Below are positions 7,577 through 16,374 of a DNA stretch of 64,000 nt, in pieces. Made by a program: the position numbers and the translations under genes. Where the stretch lies: positions 134,142 to 198,141 of the forward strand of contig CAZASH010000002.1 of the NCBI GenBank assembly GCA_964487775.1, in the 5' to 3' direction. Positions within the stretch are counted from its first letter, which is position 1; the number at the start of each line of letters is the position of its first letter. The DNA is from an uncultured Ruminococcus sp. (lineage in GTDB: Bacteria > Bacillota > Clostridia > Oscillospirales > CAG-382). The notes beneath the pieces were generated by a model, which was given only the letters and a program-made list of their open reading frames with translations, was not told the origin of the DNA and did not search any database.

Positions 7577-8932
7577 ATGCCAGCAGAAGCACAAAAAGAA
7601 AACCGCATGGGAACGACAAAAATGTTCCCCTTAATCATGTCCATGTCATTGCCTGCAATGTTTTCTATGCTTATTCAAGCGCTGTATAACATTGTGGACA
7701 GTTACTTTGTGGCGCAGGTCAGCGACAAAGCGGTGTCGGCGCTGTCGCTTGCCTATCCTATTCAAAACCTGCTGATCGCCTTTGCGGTCGGTACTGCGGC
7801 AGGTGTTACCTCGCTTATTTCGCGACGGCTCGGACAAGGCCGCAGGGAAGAGGCAGAATCAACCGCAACTCACGGCGTTATACTCAGCATCATAACATGG
7901 CTTGCGTTCGCTGTCTTTGGCGCATTTTTCACCACTCCTTTCTTTAGGATGTTTGAGTCCGACCCCGAAATCATCCTCATGGGTGATCAGTATCTCTCTA
8001 TTTGCTGTATCTTTGCGTTTGGACAGTTTGTTGTGACTATGCTTGAAAAGATCCTGCAAGCCACAGGCAATATGTTTTGGCCGATGATGTTTCAGTTGGT
8101 CGGCGCTATAATCAATATCATAGTCGATCCGATCCTGATATTCGGATTGTTTGGCTTTCCGGCTATGGGCGTTACCGGCGCAGCCATTGCCACGGTGGCA
8201 GGGCAGATACTTTCGATGATCTTGGCGATTATTGTGGTCGCACGACACCCATCTATCAAGATTCCTCTCAAGGGCTTCCGCTTTCACGGAGGCATCGTTA
8301 AGGATATTTATGCCGTTGGCATCCCTGCTATTGTTATGCAGGCGATCAGCACGATAATGAATATGGCGATCAACGCCATTCTTGCTGCCTTCTCTACGGC
8401 GGCATACACTGTATTCGGCCTGTATTTCAAGCTGCGCTCTTTTGTGTTTATGCCTGTTTTGGGTCTGAATCAGGGGTTGATGCCGATCATGGGATTCAAT
8501 TATGGTGCTGATAAGAAGAAGCGCCTGCTCCAGTCGTTCTATCAAGGCTGCGGCATTGCACTTGCTATTATGCTGCTCGGTGTGCTTGCCTTTATGCTTT
8601 TGCCAGGGCAGCTTCTCGGATTCTTCAATCCGACAGAAGAGCTCTTGCAGGTCGGCATTCCCGCACTGCGTATCATCAGCCTTTGCTTCCCGCTTGCGGC
8701 TTTGGGATTGGTGTCTTCGAATATGTATCAGGCCATCGGACGAGGCAAGTACAGTCTTGTTATGTCTTTGATGCGTCAGCTTGTGGTTCTTGTGCCTGTG
8801 GCATGGCTGCTGGCAAAGGTGACCAATGATGTCGGCATGGTATGGTGGGCATTCCCTATTGCAGAAGCCATATCGATGGCAGTAAGCGTTGCGTTCTTTG
8901 TGCACTTATATAAAACGGAATTGAAGAAATAA
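7577..8932 (+). CDS. MATE family efflux transporter
   Basis: N-terminal signature MSMSLPAMFSMLIQALYNIVDSYFV, 12 predicted TM segments, ~450 aa. I prefer the ATG at 7577 over the GTG at 7562. Confidence 0.9.
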   Translation: MPAEAQKENRMGTTKMFPLIMSMSLPAMFSMLIQALYNIVDSYFVAQVSDKAVSALSLAYPIQNLLIAFAVGTAAGVTSLISRRLGQGRREEAESTATHGVILSIITWLAFAVFGAFFTTPFFRMFESDPEIILMGDQYLSICCIFAFGQFVVTMLEKILQATGNMFWPMMFQLVGAIINIIVDPILIFGLFGFPAMGVTGAAIATVAGQILSMILAIIVVARHPSIKIPLKGFRFHGGIVKDIYAVGIPAIVMQAISTIMNMAINAILAAFSTAAYTVFGLYFKLRSFVFMPVLGLNQGLMPIMGFNYGADKKKRLLQSFYQGCGIALAIMLLGVLAFMLLPGQLLGFFNPTEELLQVGIPALRIISLCFPLAALGLVSSNMYQAIGRGKYSLVMSLMRQLVVLVPVAWLLAKVTNDVGMVWWAFPIAEAISMAVSVAFFVHLYKTELKK

Positions 8933-9021
8933 AGAAGAGACGGCTTATCTAAATAGATGAGGCGCAGAAAGCTTATGATGAAAACAAAGCCCGAATCTCG
9001 GAAATAGTATAAAACAAAAGC

Positions 9022-9066
9022 AAAAAGAGCTAACTGACTTAATCAAAATCAGTTAGCTCTATTTTT
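9022..9066. terminator. Bidirectional terminator between the convergent MATE and guaA genes
   Basis: Perfect 11-bp stem gagctaactga/tcagttagctc, flanked by A5 and T5 runs. Confidence 0.75.
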
Positions 9067-9102
9067 ATGAATTGCTGTTCAAGCGCTTTTCGGCTTTTTA
9101 AA

Positions 9103-10080
9103 TTATTCCCACTCGATAGTGGCGACGGGCTTAGGTGTGAGGTCATAGAGGACTCTATTGACGCCCTTGACTTCAGAGAGGATGCGCTTTGTGATATGAG
9201 CGAGGAGGGTATAGGGGATCTCTTCGATCGAAGCAGAGGTCGCGTCGATGGAGTTGACGGCACGGATTATGACAGGCCACTCGAAGGTGCGCTTGCCGTC
9301 GCGTATGCCGGTTGACTTAAAGTCGGGGACGACAGTGAAGTACTGCCAGACCTTGCCCTGCAGGCCGTTGTTTGCGAACTCTTCACGGAGTATCGCATCG
9401 GATTCACGCAGTGCCTCAAGCCTGTCACGAGTGATCGCGCCTGTGCAACGGACACCGAGACCGGGGCCGGGGAACGGCTGACGATAGACCATGCTTTCGG
9501 GCAGGCCGAGGCGCATACCGACGACTCTGACCTCGTCCTTATAAAGCAGCTTGACCGGCTCGACGAGCTCGAACTGAAGGTCGTCGGGCAAACCGCCGAC
9601 GTTGTGGTGCGACTTGACGCCGTCGCTCTCGAGTATATCGGGATAGATCGTGCCCTGTGCGAGGAACTCTATGCCCTGCAATTTGCGTGCTTCTTCTTCA
9701 AAAACTCTGATGAATTCTGCGCCGATGATCTTGCGCTTTGCTTCGGGATCGGTGACGCCTGCCAATTTATCCAAAAACCTGTCGATGGCGTCGACATAAA
9801 CGAGGTTTGCGCCGAGCTGGTTTCTGAACACCTCGACGACCTCTTCGGGCTCGCCCTTGCGCAAAAGCCCGTGGTTAACATGGACGCAGACGAGGTTTTC
9901 GCCTATCGCCTTGATGAGCAGTGCAGCGCAGACAGACGAATCGACTCCGCCCGACAGCGCGAGTAAAACCTTTTTGTTGCCAACCTGTGCTCTGATGGCT
10001 TTGATCTGCTCGTCGATGAATGCATCGGCAAGCTCGTTTGTGTTGATGCGCAGCATATCTGCGGGTCTGATGTCCGACAT
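9103..10080 (-). CDS. guaA: GMP synthase ATP-pyrophosphatase + dimerisation domains only (no GATase domain), 325 aa
   Basis: PP-loop SGGVDSSV, DPEAKRKIIG, and C-terminal PPATIEWE-like ending ATIEWE. The protein starts at the usual GATase/PPase domain boundary. Confidence 0.85.
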   Translation of the reverse strand: MSDIRPADMLRINTNELADAFIDEQIKAIRAQVGNKKVLLALSGGVDSSVCAALLIKAIGENLVCVHVNHGLLRKGEPEEVVEVFRNQLGANLVYVDAIDRFLDKLAGVTDPEAKRKIIGAEFIRVFEEEARKLQGIEFLAQGTIYPDILESDGVKSHHNVGGLPDDLQFELVEPVKLLYKDEVRVVGMRLGLPESMVYRQPFPGPGLGVRCTGAITRDRLEALRESDAILREEFANNGLQGKVWQYFTVVPDFKSTGIRDGKRTFEWPVIIRAVNSIDATSASIEEIPYTLLAHITKRILSEVKGVNRVLYDLTPKPVATIEWE

Positions 10081-10154
10081 GGTTGAAAGCTCCTTGTGTT
10101 TTTATGTTTTTGTATTATAAAAAGTCTGTGGTACCGAATGATTATTTCGCAATA

Positions 10155-10183
10155 ATTATATTGCAGCGAGCCGAAAATGTCAA
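10155..10183 (-). promoter_or_regulatory. Consensus promoter TTGACA-17-TATAAT for guaA
   Basis: Both hexamers are perfect. It lies in the 113-nt gap downstream of the MATE stop. Confidence 0.6.
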
Positions 10184-10193
10184 CAATTGATTA

Positions 10194-11534
10194 TCACATA
10201 TAACCGTATTTTTTTCGTTTTGCAATTATGAAAATTGATGACATTATAAATGCTCCGAGCTCTGAAATAGGCACTGCCCACCATATGCCTTCGGGGCCTA
10301 TGATCATCGGCAGCAGCAATATTGCCGCAGCCTGAAACACGAGCGTTCTCGAGAACGAGGTTATCGCCGAGATCGCACCGTTGCCAAGCGCCGTAAAGAA
10401 GCCTGAGGCGAAAATATTGAAGCCGACGACGAGATACGAGGTGGAATATATCATAAACGCATCGTGCGTCATCTGGCACAGCTCGGGATTGCTGCCGACA
10501 AAAAGCTTTGACAGCGGCCAGGCAAAGATAAATCCGAACGCGGTCATTGCGAGGCCCGCAAGCCCCATCATTATTTCGCTCTTTTTAAACAGGCTCTTGA
10601 GCTCGGGGGTATCCTCTGCGCCGTAGTGGAAGCCGATTATTGGCGCGCAGCCTGTCGAATAGCCTATGAACGCAGCGATGAAAATAAACTGCACATACAT
10701 CAGAACACCGTATGCAGATACGCCGTCCTGACCGAGATAGGTCATGAGCTGCTTGTTGAACAGCATACCGACCAGCGATGATGAGATATTGCTCATCAGC
10801 TCAGAAGAGCCGTTGGTGCAGGTCTTGAGTATCGGTTTAAACTCGAGCTTTGCGGGTGTGAGGCGCAAAAGGCTGTCGTTTTTGCTGAGGAAATATATCA
10901 GCGGCAATATTCCGCCGAGGCACTGTCCTATGCCCGATGCGAGCGCTGCGCCGAAAAGTCCCATATGAAAGACCGCCATAAACAGCCAGTCGAGCACGGC
11001 ATTCGCGACACCTGCGATTACGGTGAAGGCAAGCCCGAGCTTGGGCTTTTCTGCTACATTCAAAAAGCTCTGAAATACATTCTGCAGCATAAACAGTATT
11101 GCAAACGACATAAGCGTCGTGCCGTATGTTACACACGGCTCGAGCATATCCTCGGTCGCCCCCAAAAGCAACGCCGCAGGACGCATAAAGATTATGCCGA
11201 CCGCAGTCAATATTGCACCCAGGATGATCGTGAATATGACCAGCATCGAGAAATATCTGTTCGCCTTTTGCTTGTCGCCCGTGCCCAGCACCTGCGAAAC
11301 AAGTGCGCTGCCGCCTGCACCTATCATAAAGCCCGTGCCGCTTATAAACATTATGAACGGGAATATGAGGTTGAGCGCGGCGAACTCTGTGTCTGTGCAG
11401 AAGTTCGAAACAAACACGCCGTCGACGACGCTGTATATCGACGTGAATATCACCATTATGATAGACGGATAAACAAATCTCAGCAGTCGCCTGTAATTAA
11501 AATGGTCTGATAGCTTGATAACGTTAGAGGACAT
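10194..11534 (-). CDS. MATE family efflux transporter (second copy, divergent sequence)
   Basis: 446 aa with 12 TM segments and MATE-like repeats (..VDGVFVS.., ..FQSFLNVAEKP..). Confidence 0.85.
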   Translation of the reverse strand: MSSNVIKLSDHFNYRRLLRFVYPSIIMVIFTSIYSVVDGVFVSNFCTDTEFAALNLIFPFIMFISGTGFMIGAGGSALVSQVLGTGDKQKANRYFSMLVIFTIILGAILTAVGIIFMRPAALLLGATEDMLEPCVTYGTTLMSFAILFMLQNVFQSFLNVAEKPKLGLAFTVIAGVANAVLDWLFMAVFHMGLFGAALASGIGQCLGGILPLIYFLSKNDSLLRLTPAKLEFKPILKTCTNGSSELMSNISSSLVGMLFNKQLMTYLGQDGVSAYGVLMYVQFIFIAAFIGYSTGCAPIIGFHYGAEDTPELKSLFKKSEIMMGLAGLAMTAFGFIFAWPLSKLFVGSNPELCQMTHDAFMIYSTSYLVVGFNIFASGFFTALGNGAISAITSFSRTLVFQAAAILLLPMIIGPEGIWWAVPISELGAFIMSSIFIIAKRKKYGYM

Positions 11535-11600
11535 GATACTTCCTTTCGGGGGGTATGTGATAACGAACGAATGTCATTGTATCATATTATTAGCGCTATG

Positions 11601-11640
11601 TCAAACAAAATATCGCTCTGCGCAAATGCGCGCAGAGCGA
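11601..11640 (-). terminator. Terminator after the HPr-like gene
   Basis: GC-rich palindrome tcgctctgcgcgc..gcgcagagcga, followed on the minus strand by ATATTTTGTTT. Confidence 0.5.
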
Positions 11641-11650
11641 CGGTGAGATA

Positions 11651-11917
11651 TTATTCTTCGATCATAAACTTGCTGAAGGCTTCATAGCAGTCCCTGTCCG
11701 AAACGACGGTCAGAGAGTCCCAATTAAGCTTTTTTGCGACGATGACACCCAGAAGGCTCTTTGCGTCAATTGCAAAGTCGTCGCCGCTCATCAGCATAAC
11801 TCTGCCGGGGCAAGCCGATGCGATGCTCACAAACTCCTTGACATCCGACAGAGTTGTAAGCTCGATCCTGCATCTGAAGCATATCTCGTTGTTTTTAAGT
11901 GTGATCATTAATTGCAC
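11651..11917 (-). CDS. HPr-fold (PTS phosphocarrier-like) small protein lacking the His15 site
   Basis: 88 aa. DAKSLLGVI aligns with the HPr Ser46 region (KS[IL]MGV). There is no GIHARPA-type His. GAAGGTG SD. Confidence 0.45.
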   Translation of the reverse strand: MQLMITLKNNEICFRCRIELTTLSDVKEFVSIASACPGRVMLMSGDDFAIDAKSLLGVIVAKKLNWDSLTVVSDRDCYEAFSKFMIEE

Positions 11918-12041
11918 CTTCTTTCTTTGATTTCACCTTACGACACTATTATAGCCCAAAAACGGCTTTTGTCAAGGCTTTTTGCACAAAAACATAGCCA
12001 AATTTTTGTGCAAAAAGACGGAAACAACCTGAAAGTTGCAC

Positions 12042-12078
12042 AAAAAACGCTGTGCCGATTTGTACAATCAGCACAGCG
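12042..12078 (-). terminator. Terminator after the rhomboid-like gene
   Basis: Stem cgctgtgc/gcacagcg, then T6 on the minus strand. Confidence 0.7.
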
Positions 12079-12097
12079 ACCGTTTGAAATTGAATGC

Positions 12098-12790
12098 TTA
12101 GAACGGATTATTCATTCGGTTCATATCGCGCTCGAATTTTGCCTTGCGCGATCTGTTTTTAAAATAGTTGCGTATGCGCTTGATATAATCGCCGCCAAAG
12201 AACAAAAGCAGGTTGAGGAGCGAAAGCACTATGCACAAAAGCGTTGACCAGTCGGATTGAATTATCGAAACGACTGCCGAAAGACCGTATATCGCCAGGT
12301 CGATATAGGCGAGCACCTTGATCTTTATAGGAATAAAGAAGAACAGCCTCACCTCAAACTCGGGAAACAGCGCCGCAAACGCCAGAAACAGTGAGAGGTT
12401 TATAAACTCGTTTGTCGTATATCCCGTCACAAAGCCGGCGATCAGGCAGCCGACAATGCCCAAAAGATAATAGACATTGAATCTCAGCTTGCCCCATTGG
12501 TTTTCGAGCGAGCCTGCGATGAAGATATAGAAATACAGCGAGATGGCAAACAATATCAGCATACTGCTGCTCTCGGGCATGAATATAAACGTGAATATTC
12601 GCCACACCTGTCCTTGCAATATCAGCGCACGGTCAAAGGCAAACCACGCCGGCACTGCGGCGAGCGGCGTGTTATAGAAATACTCGCACATATACAATAT
12701 CAGCATACCGCCCGAAATATAATACATCAGGTTGGATATGCCCCAATTGGGGTGCTTATAGCTCAGTCTTGCGATAAACTTATCTAACAT
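12098..12790 (-). CDS. Rhomboid-like polytopic membrane protein, apparently catalytically inactive
   Basis: GQVWRIFTFIFMP....G..LENQWGKLRF..YYL.G..G mirrors the rhomboid TM2-TM3 signature. No GxSG serine or catalytic His is seen at the expected places. Confidence 0.5.
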   Translation of the reverse strand: MLDKFIARLSYKHPNWGISNLMYYISGGMLILYMCEYFYNTPLAAVPAWFAFDRALILQGQVWRIFTFIFMPESSSMLILFAISLYFYIFIAGSLENQWGKLRFNVYYLLGIVGCLIAGFVTGYTTNEFINLSLFLAFAALFPEFEVRLFFFIPIKIKVLAYIDLAIYGLSAVVSIIQSDWSTLLCIVLSLLNLLLFFGGDYIKRIRNYFKNRSRKAKFERDMNRMNNPF

Positions 12791-12818
12791 TGGTCATCCT
12801 TTGCAAAAAGTGCGGTCG

Positions 12819-14465
12819 TTAAAAGGGCTTTGAATCCTTGAGTGCGACTATGCTGCCAAACGTGCCCTCGTATTTTGTGTCAGCTACAAAGTATCCCGTG
12901 CGCACGAACTGGAACCTGTCGCCTGGCTTTGCATCGGCGAGCGACGGCTCGAGCTTGCAGCCGTGCAATACCTTGACAGACTCGGGGTTGACATAATCCA
13001 TATAGGTCTTGCCCTCGGGAATGTCGGCGGTGTTCTCTATCGTAAACAGGTTGTCATACATTCTGACCTCTGTTTCGATGCAGTTGTCGGCTGAAAGCCA
13101 GTGGATAGTTCCCTTGACCTTTCTGCCGTCCTTGGCAGGTCCGTTGCCGCTCTCAAGATCGGCAGTAACGACGATGTGGTCTATCGAGCCGTCCTCGGCA
13201 AACACGGTCTCCTTGTGCTTGACGATATAAGCGCCCATCAGTCTGCATTCGCCGTTCGGCTTGAGTCTGAAATACTTGGGCGGAGGATCAAGTGAGAAAT
13301 CGTCGGCGTCGATATAGAGCTCACGGGTGAAAGCGACCTTGCGTGTGCCTGCGGTCTCATCGCCGGGGTTGTTTGAGACCTCGAAATATTCTGTCTTGCC
13401 CTCGGGATAATTTTCGACAACGACCTTGACAGGGTGCAGAACAGCGATCCTGCGCAGTGCGGTGCGGTTGAGCTCGTCACGTATGCAGTGCTCGAGCAGT
13501 GCGATGTCGACCAGAGAATTTGTCTTTGCGACGCCTGCTCTCTGCACGAAATCGAATATTGCCGACGGCGTATAGCCTCTGCGGCGGAGTGCGCACAGTG
13601 TCGGCAGGCGAGGGTCATCCCAGCCGTCGACGTGTCCGTTCTCGACGAGCGCACGCAGATAGCGCTTTGACATTATGGTATAGGTGACATTCAGTCTTGC
13701 AAATTCACGCTGCTTGGGCTTGGGATCAAAGCCGATGTTGTCGACGACCCACTCATAGAGCGGACGGTGATCCTCAAAGCCGATGTCACACATCGAGTGC
13801 GTTATGCCCTCAAGAGCATCCTGAATGGGGTGTGCGAAGTCGTAAAGCGGATATATGCACCACCTGTCGCCCTGACGGTGGTGGTGTGTGTGCGAAATGC
13901 GATAGATGGCAGGGTCACGCAGGTTCATGTTGGGCGATGCCATATCGATTTTTGCACGCAGAGTGTGCGTGCCGTTCTCAAATTCGCCGTCTCTCATGCG
14001 CATAAAGAGGTCGAGGTTCTCTTCGACCGAGCGGTCACGGTAGGGCGAAGGCTTGCCGGGCTCTGTAAGCGTGCCGCGGTATTCACGCATCTCGTCCTGA
14101 GTGAGGTCACAGACATACGCCTTGCCCTCCTTGATGAGCTTTACGGCATATTCAAAGCACTTGTCGAAATAGTCGCTGCCATAGAATATTCCGTCGGGCT
14201 CGCAGCCTGTGAGCCAAGTGAGATCACGGTATATCGACTGCACGAATTCGTCGTTCTCTTTGACCGGGTTCGTGTCGTCATAGCGCAGGTTAAACTTGCC
14301 GCCGTATTGCTTTGCCGCGGTGTAGTTGATGTATATCGCCTTTGCGCTGCCTATGTGCAGATAGCCGTTGGGCTCGGGCGGAAACCTCGTGTGAACGTGG
14401 TCGCATCTGCCCTCGGCGAGATCGCTCTCGATGATGTCAAATAAAAAGTTAGAAATCTTCTCCAT
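12819..14465 (-). CDS. glnS: Glutamine--tRNA ligase
   Basis: HIGH motif (PEPNGYLHIGSAKA) and KMSKS variant (IMSKR). 548 aa with a GlnRS-type C-terminal anticodon-binding region. Confidence 0.95.
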   Translation of the reverse strand: MEKISNFLFDIIESDLAEGRCDHVHTRFPPEPNGYLHIGSAKAIYINYTAAKQYGGKFNLRYDDTNPVKENDEFVQSIYRDLTWLTGCEPDGIFYGSDYFDKCFEYAVKLIKEGKAYVCDLTQDEMREYRGTLTEPGKPSPYRDRSVEENLDLFMRMRDGEFENGTHTLRAKIDMASPNMNLRDPAIYRISHTHHHRQGDRWCIYPLYDFAHPIQDALEGITHSMCDIGFEDHRPLYEWVVDNIGFDPKPKQREFARLNVTYTIMSKRYLRALVENGHVDGWDDPRLPTLCALRRRGYTPSAIFDFVQRAGVAKTNSLVDIALLEHCIRDELNRTALRRIAVLHPVKVVVENYPEGKTEYFEVSNNPGDETAGTRKVAFTRELYIDADDFSLDPPPKYFRLKPNGECRLMGAYIVKHKETVFAEDGSIDHIVVTADLESGNGPAKDGRKVKGTIHWLSADNCIETEVRMYDNLFTIENTADIPEGKTYMDYVNPESVKVLHGCKLEPSLADAKPGDRFQFVRTGYFVADTKYEGTFGSIVALKDSKPF

Positions 14466-14469
14466 AACA

Positions 14470-16125
14470 TTACATTCCTTTTATAAAGCTCATAATGCGT
14501 CTTTGCATTTCGTCCTTGCCGATGATCTCTATAACGCTGTAGAGATCAGGTGAATTGAGCCTGCCTGTCACAGCAAGCCTTATAAAGCCGGATACGTCGG
14601 CGACACTGCCCTTGTAGGCGGTGGGGTCTGCCTTGAATGCCTTCATATCAGAGCAATAGCCGTTCTTGTCGGCGACCGCCTTGACCTTGTCGAACCATGC
14701 GTCCTTGTCGTCGGCCTCGGAATAGGTCTCGAGGTAAGTCATAAGGCAGGCGGTGACGTCGTCCTTATTGTGCTCGCCGATGCTGTCTGTGACGGCAAAG
14801 AACTCGTTGTAAAAGAATCCGATATACGCCCTGACCTCTGAATATACCGCAAAATCCTTGCGAGGCTTTTTGCCGCCTCTGCCGATGGCGAATATCGCTT
14901 TTGCCTTTTCGGGGTCGTTTGTGAGTGCGCCTGCAAGCTCGGCATCGTAGGTCTTTGCCCACTCTGCCACTCTGCCGTATATTTCTTCTGCCGACATGAG
15001 CGAGATGACGTTTTTGGATATATCGCAGAGCTTCGCCATGTCAAACAGGCAGCCCGAAACGCTCATCTTTTTGATGTCGAATTGATAGGTATAAGAATCC
15101 TGCGTGGGGTTGGCACGCCGCCAATCCTCAAAGCCCGAATTCATCAGCGTTAAAAGATAGTCGATAAGCGCCTCTTTGGGGAATCCACGCTCGACAAAAT
15201 ATCCGACCGCCGCCTCGGGATCCTTGCGCTTTGAAAGCTTGCGCTTGGTGCCGTCATTCTCGTCGATCTTCATGATGACGGGGCTGTGCGCATATTTCGG
15301 CGGCTTAAAGCCGCACGCCTTGAACATCGCAATATGCTTGTTGGTCGAGGGTATCCACTCCTCGCCACGTACTGCGTGAGTGACACGCATGAAATGATCG
15401 TCGCAGACGTGAGCGAAGTGATAGGTGGGTATGCCGTCGGATTTGAGCAAAACCTCGTCAATTATATTTTCGGGCATCTCTATGCGCCCTCTTATCATGT
15501 CGTCAAATGCCACACGGTGCGAAGCATCACCGTCGGAACGCAGCCTCAGCACCCACGGCTGACCTGCATGAATGCGCTGCTCGACCTCTTCATATGACAG
15601 ATCACGGTATTTTGCCCACTTGCCAAAGCAGCCCCAAATGTCTGTGCCCTCTGCCTCCTGCTGTGCGCGCATGTCCGAAAGCTCCTGCTCGGTCATAAAG
15701 CAGGGGTATGCAAGCCCTTTTGCGACCAGCTCCTTGGCTACTGTGTGATATATGAATACACGCTCACTCTGCTTGTAGGGGCCGTAATCGCCCTGCTCGG
15801 TGTCCTCGCCTGTCATTCCCTCGTCAAACTTGACTCCGAAAGCGTCAAGTCCCGAAATGATCGCCGTAACACCTGCGGTTATTTCACGCTTTTTGTCAGT
15901 ATCCTCGATGCGCAGTATCGAAACGCCGCCGGATCTGCGTGCGGTCATGACGTCGGTCAGTGCGCCAAAGAGTCCGCCCAGATGCAGATATCCCGTCGGG
16001 CTGGGCGCAAATCTCGTCACCCTTGCACCCTCGGGCAATGCACGAGGCGGATATTTTGCCTCGAGGTCGGCTATTGTAGTTGTCACGTCTGCAAAAAGCA
16101 GCTCGGCAAGCTTTTGATAGTCCAT
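14470..16125 (-). CDS. gltX: Glutamate--tRNA ligase (long form, 551 aa)
   Basis: FAPSPTGYLHLGG (HIGH) and KLSKRK (KMSKS). Sits 4 nt upstream of glnS. Confidence 0.95.
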   Translation of the reverse strand: MDYQKLAELLFADVTTTIADLEAKYPPRALPEGARVTRFAPSPTGYLHLGGLFGALTDVMTARRSGGVSILRIEDTDKKREITAGVTAIISGLDAFGVKFDEGMTGEDTEQGDYGPYKQSERVFIYHTVAKELVAKGLAYPCFMTEQELSDMRAQQEAEGTDIWGCFGKWAKYRDLSYEEVEQRIHAGQPWVLRLRSDGDASHRVAFDDMIRGRIEMPENIIDEVLLKSDGIPTYHFAHVCDDHFMRVTHAVRGEEWIPSTNKHIAMFKACGFKPPKYAHSPVIMKIDENDGTKRKLSKRKDPEAAVGYFVERGFPKEALIDYLLTLMNSGFEDWRRANPTQDSYTYQFDIKKMSVSGCLFDMAKLCDISKNVISLMSAEEIYGRVAEWAKTYDAELAGALTNDPEKAKAIFAIGRGGKKPRKDFAVYSEVRAYIGFFYNEFFAVTDSIGEHNKDDVTACLMTYLETYSEADDKDAWFDKVKAVADKNGYCSDMKAFKADPTAYKGSVADVSGFIRLAVTGRLNSPDLYSVIEIIGKDEMQRRIMSFIKGM

Positions 16126-16162
16126 ATATAAATACCCCTTATAAAATCTTTGTTATCAAATA

Positions 16163-16191
16163 ATCATACCATATCCCACGCTTTATGTCAA
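16163..16191 (-). promoter_or_regulatory. Promoter TTGACA-17-(TG)G-TATGAT for gltX-glnS
   Basis: Consensus -35 and an extended -10. Short (~30 nt) leader with an AAGGGG SD. No T-box elements. Confidence 0.6.
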
Positions 16192-16309
16192 TGTTTTGTT
16201 TGCTCAAAAAAGCCTGATAATCTTTGCACGGCGAAAAGAAGTCCTTTTGTATGAGCGATGAAAGAATGGATTTTTTAGTATTCATCGTTTGCCGTAATTT
16301 ATGTTTTTT

Positions 16310-16352
16310 TGCAAAAGCAAAAGTGAGGAACGACTATGTGCCGCTCCTCACC
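16310..16352 (-). terminator. Terminator after rpoD
   Basis: 10-bp stem gtgaggagcg/cgttcctcac with one G-U pair, followed by TTTTGCTTTTG. Confidence 0.7.
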
Positions 16353-16374
16353 TGTCATATGCTGTGATCGTGAT

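Noticed and set aside
7859-8905. 348-aa minus-strand ORF rich in R/H/C/K
   Set aside because: It lies entirely antisense to the MATE transporter gene. Its composition is typical of a shadow frame, and it has no SD.
10081-10154. Possible purine riboswitch in the guaA leader
   Set aside because: The leader is only ~75 nt and AT-rich, with one tiny hairpin (cgaat..attcg). It lacks the three-way junction and the conserved loop sequences of guanine or adenine riboswitches.
16126-16374. Possible T-box leader upstream of gltX-glnS
   Set aside because: The promoter at 16163-16191 leaves only ~30 nt of leader. No specifier-loop, AGAGA or T-box (GGTGGTACCGCG-like) sequences are present. The rest of the gap is the rpoD terminator.
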